The notes beneath the pieces were generated by a model. It saw only the letters and a program-made list of their open reading frames with translations, was not told the DNA's origin and searched no databases. Shown piece after piece: positions 12,700 through 22,748 of a DNA stretch of 64,000 nt (positions within the stretch are counted from its first letter, which is position 1; every line of letters begins with the position of its first letter). A program made the position numbers and the translations under genes. Source of the DNA: Azolla caroliniana (taxonomy: Eukaryota > Plantae > Polypodiophyta); contig JBHGNT010000009.1 in NCBI GenBank assembly GCA_043228905.1, forward strand, positions 15,128,001-15,192,000, written 5' to 3'.

Positions 12700-13395
12700 T
12701 GTCGCGTTGTTACGCGCTTGCGCGTAGAAGAGCGGGACCACGGGGGTCTTGGACCGAGGAGTGAGAGAGAGAGAGATTCACAGACATGCAAAAGCGAGAA
12801 GGAGAGATATAGAACGGAACACTTGATTACAATAACCACAGATTACAATAACGAGAGATTACAATAACAAGAGATTACAATAACAAGATATTACAATAAC
12901 AAGAGATTACAAACTCAAACAGTTACAACTGGCAAGGCGGCGATGGACCCGACACGGGGACCCTACTCACGCACACAGATGGAACCCATTGGACCCAGAG
13001 AAACGCAGAAGGAAAAGCCTCTGTTGGCAGCGCACGGGCTACCCATGAAGCAGAGGCATCGAACTCCCCCCCCCCCCCCCCCCCCCCCCGACCCACGGAG
13101 AATGACGGTCGGAGGAGGAGAGAGAGTTCGGCTCTCGGTCCTGTAGCACTTCGTCCTCCTTAACGCGCGATCCCCCCGTCTTCCTTCTCTCCTCTCCTTA
13201 AATAGTTCCCAAAAGGGGGTGCCCCTTTCCCTAGTCAAATCGCTTTATTCCCTGTCCCTTCTGACAGAGATACGCACAATCCCTCCTAATAAATGGAATC
13301 AATATCAAAATATCAATTCATGTGTCCATTCGTGTAAGAGCCGGTTCATGCGCCTTTTTGTCCGAATCCGCCTATGGCCGGTTTTCTTCACGACA
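12700..13395 (-). repeat. 5' LTR of element A (696 bp)
   Basis: TGTCGCG...CACGACA termini, flanked by the PBS and the TSD. Confidence 0.92.
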
Positions 13396-15032
13396 ACGGT
13401 GTAGAAGTGCGGATGGGCTATCCTACGGTGATCCTCACACCGATCCGGAGACTCCGGCGGTCGGCCCGAGAGCTGGCGTGAGACCTAGAGAGAAGAACGG
13501 TGACGGCAGGTGAACGGAATCTAGCAGAAGGGCCGAAAGGGAGCAGAAGGAGGTGTCAGGCCAGCGATGTGGCCACGAACCAGATACGGACCCAATTGGC
13601 AAGGTCAGAAGGACGAAGATTGAACGCGCTTGGTACACGAGTCAGTTGCCTAACGGATTGGAGGCTTGAGAAGGATCCTTCACACCGGATCTAGAGACTT
13701 CGGCGGTCAACACCGAGAGCTGACGTAAGAACAAGATGCTGACGGTGGCAGTGAGCGGACGAAGGCCGTAGCAACAGAGGCACCGAGTAACCAAGGCGTC
13801 GCGAGAACAACGAAGGCTAGGCAGGCCGAAACGGGCAAGGGTGATCCTTCATGGGTAGCAGCACGGAAAGCTACCAAGGACACCCAAGCGGGGAGCGGTG
13901 TGTCGAACCGAAAGGGCAAACCCAAAAGCGGATCGGAAGACGTGCGTGTGGCCATCAAGGGCCGAAGTAAAACATGGGTACGGGATAGTGTTCGGCATAG
14001 GCGGTGCTGAGCAAGGAAGATGGAAGACGGCACACGAGACGGTGTTCGGAAACCAAGTGCAGGATAGGCTGCACGGGTCGGTAGCCGAAAACGGTATCGA
14101 TGACCGAAGGAGGATCCTCCACACCCACTTCGGAGATCTCGGTGGTTCAGTCAGAGTGGCAACAACTCATGTGGCAAGCTAAGCCCAACATAACAAGCTG
14201 GTAGGGGCGAGGGGACGACGACAAGTATGGCACCGAACCAGTTGCAGCAGCGTGAAACAAAAGGGGCTAAGCGGGCCAACACGGGGTGTCCCTTGAATGC
14301 GGAGAACACCGGTATGCGGAGAAATGACAAGCGACGACACATGATCTGGCCAAGCAGGGGCCGACGAAGTGTGCACAAAGAAAGACCAGAGTTCGGCACA
14401 TGTGGCGCCGAGCAAAGGAGGACGGCGGACTGAGCCTCTTGCGGGGCGTAGTCAAGAGTTACGTGGCACACGGAGGTGCCTGGACGAGAATACGGGCGCG
14501 AAGACGGATTGCATAGGTCGGTAGCCTCAAAGAACATTGACAGCCCAAGAACGATCCTTGACACCGATTCTGGAGACCTCGGTAGTTCAGCCATCATGGT
14601 AATGTAAGACCGAGGAGAAGGAAGGAAGGTGGCGGCAAGGAGACAAAGGCAATAGCGAACCACAACAGTGAACGAGTAATCAAGGCATCGCGATGATTTC
14701 CGGAGGCCAAGAGGGCCACTATGGGGTGTTCCTTGGACGTAGAGGATACCTGTATACGGGGACGCGATGAGTGTGCGTACGGTCGATCAAGGGCCACGAG
14801 ACGAGCACGCGTACGAGAGAATATCGCAGCAAACGACTTGTTGATAGGTCGATCGAGCCTACGGAGAGGCGAGCGCGAGGATGGAACCGGAGCCGACGGT
14901 TCAGACCGGCGGAGGCCAACACGGTAGCCGGGATGTGGATTACGGAAGGCCGGTTGCTCACTACGGTCGGGATCTCTCACACTTCTTCGAACTTGGCACG
15001 TACCGGTGGATGTGCGGTTTGGTGGGGGCGGA

Positions 15033-15701
15033 TGTCGTGAAGATTCACGACCATAGTGAGAAAACCGGAGAAGTTAGTGGCATCGGCGAAGTGCATCATG
15101 TGCACTTACCCTTGTATAAACGTGTTTTCTTGTTTTCTTCTTATTTTCTTGTTTTCTATTAGGGTTCTTTGAGGTCTTCTTCTTCGTCGTTGTCGTGTGG
15201 GTTGAATCTTCATGTCTGTTTAGGGTTTAGTCTGGTTAGGAGCTCGTATGTCTAAAGGGTTTTAGGCTTTTGCCCTGTCTCCTATGCAAGACCCTGTTCG
15301 GCACGATGAGCCCGAGAGCTCCCCAATCAACGGCTTGGCAGAAGACTGTTGTTGTAACCTAACCTACCTTGGTCCAACTCGAAGCCGGAGTTGTATCTTG
15401 CTCTTGTACATATATAATGAAGTTCTATGCATTTGTGTTTCTGTCTGCTTCTTCGGATTTTCTTCTTTCCCTTTCTATACGTAAGTAGCGTGCGGTGAGT
15501 TGGTGTTGCACGTATTCTCTCTCTCTCTCTCCCTCTCTCGGGTTCGACAGCCTCCGATACGCGTCTGGAATCATTCTGGTTAGCGCCATAGCTAGTGCAG
15601 CCAGGACCGGAGAGGGTCGGTCTCCCGGTATCCATCTCTTCCTCGTCTGAGACCCCCGTGGTCCCACCCCTTTCGACACATACTCGCGGAATACCGTGAC
15701 A
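15033..15701 (+). repeat. 3' LTR of element B (internal deletion near 15125 removes the TATA region)
   Basis: Starts TGTCGTG after the PPT. Compared with the ~915-bp LTRs of element C it lacks a block after TATAAACGTG. Confidence 0.88.
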
Positions 15702-15705
15702 ACGC

Positions 15706-17768
15706 ACCATCAAGCCAAAGAAGTGAGCCCGAACGGAAATCACACCCAACAAGTCTCCAAACGATAGCAGCTCCTAGCAAAACACACCCCCGGATGGACA
15801 GCAGGAGACTCGTCTCAGCGGGAAACAGAAGCTTTAGCAAACTGGAGGTAGGAGCCGGTGGAGAAAGTTCCATAAAAGACAACGAAACCAATCAAGATAA
15901 AGTTGTGACAGCATGAAAGAGATAAGGACGAACTGGTACACAGGGTAAACCAGGAAACCGTGGAAGAGAAGTTTGAAGAGGAACCAACTGAAACCCTCCA
16001 ACGACACCCACGGAAGTGCGACGGTGAGTAGCAAGGGGAAGGATCGGGCCTAGCGAAGGATAACACACTGATTCCTTGCTCAACGGTAATGGAACCCAGA
16101 CTGGAAACGACACTAGCTAACAGATCAGAAGCGATGAAGATGGTTCAACCGGAACCGAAGTTAGAGGGACATACATCATCGGGTCTTTTAGGGTAGCAAC
16201 AAGAAGAATGCCGGCTGGAGCAGACACTAGAGCAAAAAGAGCCAGTTGCACAATGGCTCAGGGAGGAGGAAGAACTGCTACCGGAGCTAGTGCAGTAGTT
16301 CGCTGCACTCACACAACATGGAAAATGCCGGCAATGGTTAGAATGGTTTGGCAAGCAGGTAGAGAGTGTGGCTGTTTCCAAATGGATGGAGAACAACAGG
16401 TGAAGCCGAGACAAGTGGAATGATTGCTGAAAATAACCAAAGAATTGGAAAAAGCCCGAAATAAGATTCGGAGCCTAGAGGAGGAGTTGGCAAGGGCTAA
16501 GGATTTCTAAGTCCTTATGTCAAAGATGGGCCAAAGCATAAGCTCCAGAACAAAAGATTGTAGAACTAGCTAATCTATAGAAGGAAGCTTCAGAAACGAA
16601 TTCATAACTAGAGGCCAGCACAACCCAGTAAAAGACGTTGAGTGGGAATAGGAAATGCTAACACTAAGGGAGGAATTAGCCACTCAGGAAGCATTGAGAG
16701 AAAGAGAAAGAGCGCAAACAAAGACAACTGAAGAAGAGAAACAGAGAGTTGAAGAAAATCTCTGAAAAGTCAAGCAAAAAACGACTGGTTGAAGGAGGAA
16801 AGAGAAAAGTTGCTACAGGAAAAAGACAAGCTCCGGAGGATGGCCGAGATGGAAATAAAGCGGTTGAAAGAAGAAATCCGATAGCAAATGGACCGAGAAG
16901 ATAGGGCATGCTCTCAAATAAACCAACGTCTCAAGCAAAAAATGGAGGATTTTGAAAAGTTGCACCGGGACCATAAACAACTCGAGGTAGAGCATAAGAA
17001 GCTAGGGTGGGATTTCGACTGACACCAAGAAAAATTGAAGGAGGTCCGGACGGAATTGGCAAAGAAGACGGAGACACTAGCGGATAAGTAGAAGATGATG
17101 GTTGCATCCACGACACAGATGATGGAAGAAGTGGCAAGTAAAAGGACGTAGTTCACCACAAAGAACTATGAGGAAACGGAACGAGCAAAGATGGTTTTGG
17201 ACAAGGTTCAAACAACCTACCAAACCAAACTGCTGGAATATGAAGTGTCAGCAAAGGCCACTACCGCCCTCATCAAACAACTTAAGGACGAGAAGTTGGC
17301 CACGGAGGACAACACAAAGCTCGACGTTGAATGAATTCGGATGATAGTCACGTCATGGAAAGACTGGATGAAGGCAAATATTGACGATTTTTCAGTTGCA
17401 GTATGGAATCAATGGTCACAGCAAGTGGCAGAACTACAGGTCCTCAAAGCCGATGCGAAAAACCAAAAGAAGGCCGGTGACAATTTCTACAAGATGTAAG
17501 AAGAAAGTATTGTCACCATCTGGTATGGATTGTCAGATGATTTTTCGCTTTGGCCGACACTCACCTCGAAGTTGTCCGGAGGCTGATTAAAAGGCTCAAC
17601 GATGATCAACTTGGAACACAATTACAGTTCAGCCGATACGAGCGGGAGCATCGGCGGTTAGAAACAAAGAAAAGAGCGGCGGCAATAAACATTAGCGATG
17701 AGGACCCGTCTGTAGAACCACAACCGCAGCGGGAAGAGCAGTCAAACCAGCAATCGAATGATGTTTGA
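15706..17768 (+). pseudogene. Degenerate coiled-coil protein ORF of X1
   Basis: WNQWSQQVAELQVLKADAKNQKKAGDNFYKM...LIKRLNDDQL is homologous to WKQWLAHTAELHVFQADAENRKKEGHGFNKM...LLKEFNDDQL at about 31650-31865. Confidence 0.65.
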
Positions 17769-18505
17769 GTAGAGCAGCCAGATGGAGCCAGTACAGAACA
17801 AACGGAAAAAGCCAGGACAAAACAACCAGAACAAGCCGGAAATGGAGAGAATGTTGGAGCCAGAGCAGTATAAGAACGACATCAATCAGAAGGGGCCGGA
17901 GAATAGCAGCAGCAAAGTGAAGAACCACTTGAACCCTTGGATCAGAGTATTTTGGACATACTTGACAAGGAGTGACGAAGGTAGCCTGTGGGTTCAACGT
18001 GCAATGCACTGTCCCACGGGCGTGCCATGTGTTGGCCAGAGTATGGTTCAGAGGACAAATATGGAAAGGGATGAGTCGGAGTCGAATTTTATATTTAGAG
18101 CAATAATTAGTTAGAAATATTATAGGAACTAGCGGATTCGGAATAGTTGTACTGATCCGGATCCAGACCTATTCATAGCCAGTAAGGCACCTTTTTGTAT
18201 TCTCAACTGGAGGCCTATAAAAGGATCTGGGAACCAATGTAATAGCTATCGGAAGTAATACAAGTTAGATTTTTTATCTAAGATTATTGTCCCTTGTCTA
18301 CGTGTCATTCTACGCTTCCATTCTCTATCTTACGTCTGTTCTAATTAAACGGTTGCTCATTACCCCAATCCGGAACGTATCCGGAATCAGTCGGATTGGA
18401 ATCGGATCGGTGTCGGATAACATCATTCCCGTAACCACCCCTTTGGTGAAGTGTCCGGAAGGGCACCCTGTGTTTGTGGCTAGTCCAACCCAGGATAAAC
18501 AAACA
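15706..18505. mobile_element. Orphan LTR element X1 (partial): degenerate coiled-coil ORF (+), tRNA-Arg-like motif 18011-18027, LTR 18030-18505
   Basis: E/K/Q-rich decayed reading frame, then GTCCCACGGGCGTGCCA, then a TGTTGG...AAACA segment containing CCTATAAAAGG. Host copia LTR sequence resumes at 18506. Confidence 0.7.
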
Positions 18506-18850
18506 CACCCTTGAGAGTGTATGAACACTCAAAGGTCAAAAGTCACACCATTACTCTCTACACATTAACTATGTGTCATAGAATCATATTCTATGACACA
18601 TAACTAATGAGTTTCCACATTCCCCATGACTAATGAGCTTCGGTAGTTAATGAAGAGAGAGAGTGACTATATAAAGCACCCTCATCCTACTTTGTAATGA
18701 CTCGGTTAATCTCCTTTGTAATATACATCTTCTTGAGTATTCTATTTTCTATTTTATCTATCTTGTGTCTCTCTCCTCTCCTCTTCTCAAACACACAACA
18801 CACATCTCTAACCTATTCCGCTGCATAGAATTATACCACGATTCTTTACA
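18506..18850 (+). repeat. 3' part of a copia-type LTR related to those at 3454 and 40273
   Basis: Shares GTCATAGAATCATATTCTATGACACATAAC, GACTATATAAAGCACCC and CTATTCCGCTGCA with the LTR at 40273/46246. It is followed by a possible degenerate iMet PBS (TGGAACCAGAAGC). Confidence 0.75.
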
Positions 18851-19315
18851 ACGTGGAACCAGAAGCATAACACTCACACATGTATAGAAGAACGTAGCCT
18901 TCAAGCTCTCTCACTCTCGCACCCCCTGCTCAGAAGCTTTCAAGCTCTCTCGTTCTCAGCCTCAACACTCTCAAATCTCTTCTCACTCTTCATCTCCCGA
19001 GCCAACCATATTGCTCGAAGTTTCGAAGGAGCTCTACACCTGGTTGAATAGGCACAGCCTAGGCGGATACCTCAAACTGGTAGATGCACCCCCCACCCCC
19101 TCACCCCACCCCACCCCACCCTTGAGGCATAGGAAATCGGACGCAGCCTGCATCCTGACACCATCACCAATGAACAAATCCGGCTGGTGTTGGGCTTGTA
19201 GCGAGCAGGGACCATGACATCGAGGCTCCACCTCAGAATGTCCATGAAGCTTATTTCGGGGAGTACTCAATATCGACAAAGGCGTATCATACACAAGGCA
19301 CGCAAATAGGCCAAA

Positions 19316-19853
19316 ATGGCTACTGAATTCTGGCAGGCTTCGGAAAGCCACCTAACCAAGCTTGAACAACGACTCAAAGAAACCGGGCAAACAAACCCTC
19401 TAGCCCTTCCAGAACTTGCTTGCAACCATGTTGATGTGTCCACACAGACCGAGGACACAACCAACTTAGTGTCCGCCATCGAAACGGACAAGGTCTCTCC
19501 ACCCAACTACGAAGAGTAGCTCGCGGTGCAATCGGTGACCTCCGCGAAAGCAAAAGAGCGTTATGAAGCAGCCAAAGTAGAGGCCGACCAAATCCCGGAG
19601 CAAGTAGAGAAACGTGAAGCCGAACTCCAAGAACGGCTCGACGCACAAACAACAAAGCTCTACGAAACTAAAGAAAATGTCGAGTTGGTTCTTAGAGCAA
19701 CAAATGAGGATTCTGCAACCAAAATACATGAAATTAAGGAAGGATACCAACTTGTTGCGGCCATTACAAACAAACAACTCATCAGTCTCCAAAACAAACA
19801 CACAGAAGTCAAGGAAAGGTGCAACCAACAGCTTGAAATGTTGGAAGACGCGG
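19316..19853 (+). pseudogene. Coiled-coil ORF of orphan element X2, 5' part
   Basis: Heptad-like E/K/Q-rich frame. It joins in frame to 31305 once element C and its TSD are removed (LEMLEDAV|WDKYTLLEFLHE). Confidence 0.7.
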
Positions 19854-20771
19854 TGTCGTGGTAATCCGCGACTATGTGTCGAAAGGAGCGGGACCACGGG
19901 GGTCTCAGACGAGGAAGAGATGGGTGTCAAGAAGCTAACTTCTTGCCAGTCCCGGTTGCACTGGTTGTGGCACAAACCAAAGCGATTCCGGATGCGTACT
20001 GGCGGCTACCAAACACAAGAGAGGGAGAGAGAGAGAGAACACACGCCCCCCACCGACTCTACACACGCCTCTTATGTACAAGAAACAAAGGGAAAGAAAT
20101 GCACTCGACACCAACAAAGAAACGAATATGCACAACCTAATATATCTATATTCACACGAGCAAGATACACCTCCGGCTTCAAGCCAGACCAAGGTAGGTT
20201 AGCTTACAACAGTCGTCTGCTGCCAAGCCACCAATCAAGCTCGTCATGCCGAGCAGGGTCTTGCATAGGAGACCGAACTGAAGCAAACCCCATTGAACAT
20301 ACAAGCTCTTCACCAGACTAAACCCTAAACAGACACGAAGGAGAAGAAGAAGTCGAAGAACCCTAACCGGAAACAAGAAAGTAAGAACAAGAAGAAGCTA
20401 CCGAAAATGAAACCCTAAACGAAATGGGTGGAAGAAGACCAAAGTAGAAACCCTAAGAAAATAAGAATGAGATGAAGAGGAAGAACACCACCAAACCCTA
20501 GACCTAAGTGATATACCCTCCTAACTCAAAATGGGCAACCCCTCTACAAGGGACCCTCCCTTCCTTTTATAGAACAAGGTGAGGGATGCGTTACAATGTG
20601 GGATAAATCCCGATTTACATGGGACTCTCTATCCCGACTTGACTCCTACTCGACGTCATAAAGGCACCCCTATTATTCACACGTTTTTACAAGGGTAAGT
20701 GCAGATGATGCACTCCGCCGATTCTTCTGATATTCCCCGGTTTCTCACCATGTCCCGGAATCTTCTTGACA
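19854..20771 (-). repeat. 3' LTR of element C
   Basis: Direct repeat of 30386-31300 with TG...CA ends, adjacent to the PPT. Confidence 0.92.
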
Positions 20772-22748
20772 TCCGCCCCCACAAAACCGCACGTTCACCG
20801 GTACGTGCCATGTTCGGAGAAGGGTGAGAGATTCCGGCCGGTGAGGAAACAGTCTTCCATAATCCACATTCTGGCTGTATGTTGACCTCGCCGGTTTGAA
20901 CCATCGGCTCCGGTTCCTTCTCCGTGTTTGCCTCCCCGTAGGCTTGTTCAACCCGTCGATAGGTCATTCGCCGCGATCCCCTAGTGTGCGTGCTTCCTTG
21001 TTGGCCCTTCTTTCGACCGCATCCATGTTTCTCGTCCCTTCGGATACGCGGTGTCCCCCGTCCGAGGAGCACTCGTGATGGCCCACTTGGCCTTTGTCGA
21101 CCTTCGCGTCGTCCCGGTTCTCGATCCACACTGGTCTCCACCACCTTCGTCCCCTCGCCGCCACCTACCTTCTCCTAGGTCTTACGTTGCCACATCGGCG
21201 GAACTGCCAAGGTCTCTGGAACCAATGTGGAGGATCCCTCTCCGGTCTACGTGAGATCACCTGGACCGGCAACCCATCTTTGCGCCTGTATTCTTGCTCC
21301 GGCACCTCCGTGTTCCGCACATCCCCTTCTCGTGTTCAGCTTCGCCCGTGCCAAACTCGGGTTACTTCCCATGCACGCGTCGTCGGCCCTCACCCGGCCA
21401 GATCGTGCATCGCCGCTTCTCCACGTACCGGTGTCCTCTACGTTCGAGGAACACCCCGTAGTAGCCTGCTTGGCCACTTCCATCTTGCGCTGCTGCCACC
21501 GGTTTGGAGCCTTTTGCTTGGCGTCGTCCCCTCGCCCCCACCAGCTTGTTACCTCGGGTTTGGCTTGTCACGCCAGTCGTTGGCACTCCGACTGAACCAC
21601 CAAGATCTCCGAAGCGGGTGTGGAGGATCCTTCTCTGGCCCTCGATCCTATTTCTGGTCTCCAATCTGTGCACTCTATTACACGACCGTGCTCTGGTTCC
21701 TAACACTGCTATACTCCGTGTTTCGCCTTCCTTGTTCGGCACCGCCTGTGCCGAACGTCGTCCCGTACCCGTGCTTTGCTTTGGCCCTCAATGGCCACAC
21801 GCACGTCTTCCGATCTGCTTTCGGGTGTGCCCTTTCTGGTTCGACGCACCACTCCTTGACCGGGTGTCCTCGACAGCTTACCGGAAGATCACCCTTGCCA
21901 CGTTCCAGCCCGCATGGCCTCCTTCGTTCGCGTGATGCCTCGATTATTTGGTGCTTCTGCTGTTGCCGCCTTCGTGCCCTTGCCGCCACCTTCCATTACC
22001 CTCGGTGTCACGTTGCCACGTCAACCGAACTGCCGAGGTCTTCAGACAGGTGTGAGGATCCTTCTTGGGCCTCCGATTTGTTGGGTCACTGACTCATGTA
22101 TCGAGCACATCCGATCTTTGTCTTGCCAACTCTGTCGGTCGGATCCGTATCCAGTTCGTGGCCGCGTCGCCGGCCTGATACCTCTTTCCGCTCTTTTTCG
22201 GCCCTTGCTTTGTCGGATCCCGTTCATCTGCCGCCACCGTCCTTCTCTCTAGGTCTTACGCCGGCTCTTGAGCCGACTACCGGAGTCTCTAGATTGGTGT
22301 GAGGATCGCCGTAGGATCACCCATCCACACTTCCCACATCGCCGGTTCCCGTTTCCTACCACCACCATCCTTCTCACTCGGTCTCATGTTGCCATGTCGA
22401 CTTGAACTGCCAGTGTCTTTGGATCGGTGTGAGGATACCATAGGACCGTCTTCCGCGTTGTTTTCCGGCTGGGTCGGTTCCCATTCTTGCCGGAAGGCCT
22501 GATTTCACAGTGCCATGTCGGCTTGAACTGCCGGTGTGAGGATCCCATAGGACCAACCTATCGCTACCTTTGCCCTCATCCCCTCGCTGCCATCGTTAGT
22601 CTCTTGGTCTTACGTCAGCTCCGCTGACGACTGCCGAAGTCTCTAGATCCAGTGTGAACAAACCTCCTTGGCCCTCCCGTCTTCCCGACCCTATCCTTGG
22701 CTTGTCCTTCTCCGCATGTCAAAAGGGTGGCTCGCTCCACACCCTCTC

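Larger units (their letters stand above)
6735..13395 (-). mobile_element. Ty3/gypsy retrotransposon A (near-complete, decayed), nested in element B
   Basis: 5' LTR 12700-13395, partial 3' LTR 6735-~7148, TSD ACGG (6731-6734 and 13396-13399), Trp PBS, and domain order gag-PR-RT-RH-INT. Confidence 0.95.
3681..15701 (+). mobile_element. Non-autonomous Ty3/gypsy-derived LTR element B (gag-only, LARD-like), interrupted by element A
   Basis: Paired LTRs (about 3681-4543 and 15033-15701, ending CGCGACA/CGTGACA), Trp PBS at 4548, PPT GGTGGGGGCGGA at 15021-15032, gag N-terminal homology and no pol. It is homologous in inverted orientation to 19854-31300. Confidence 0.85.
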
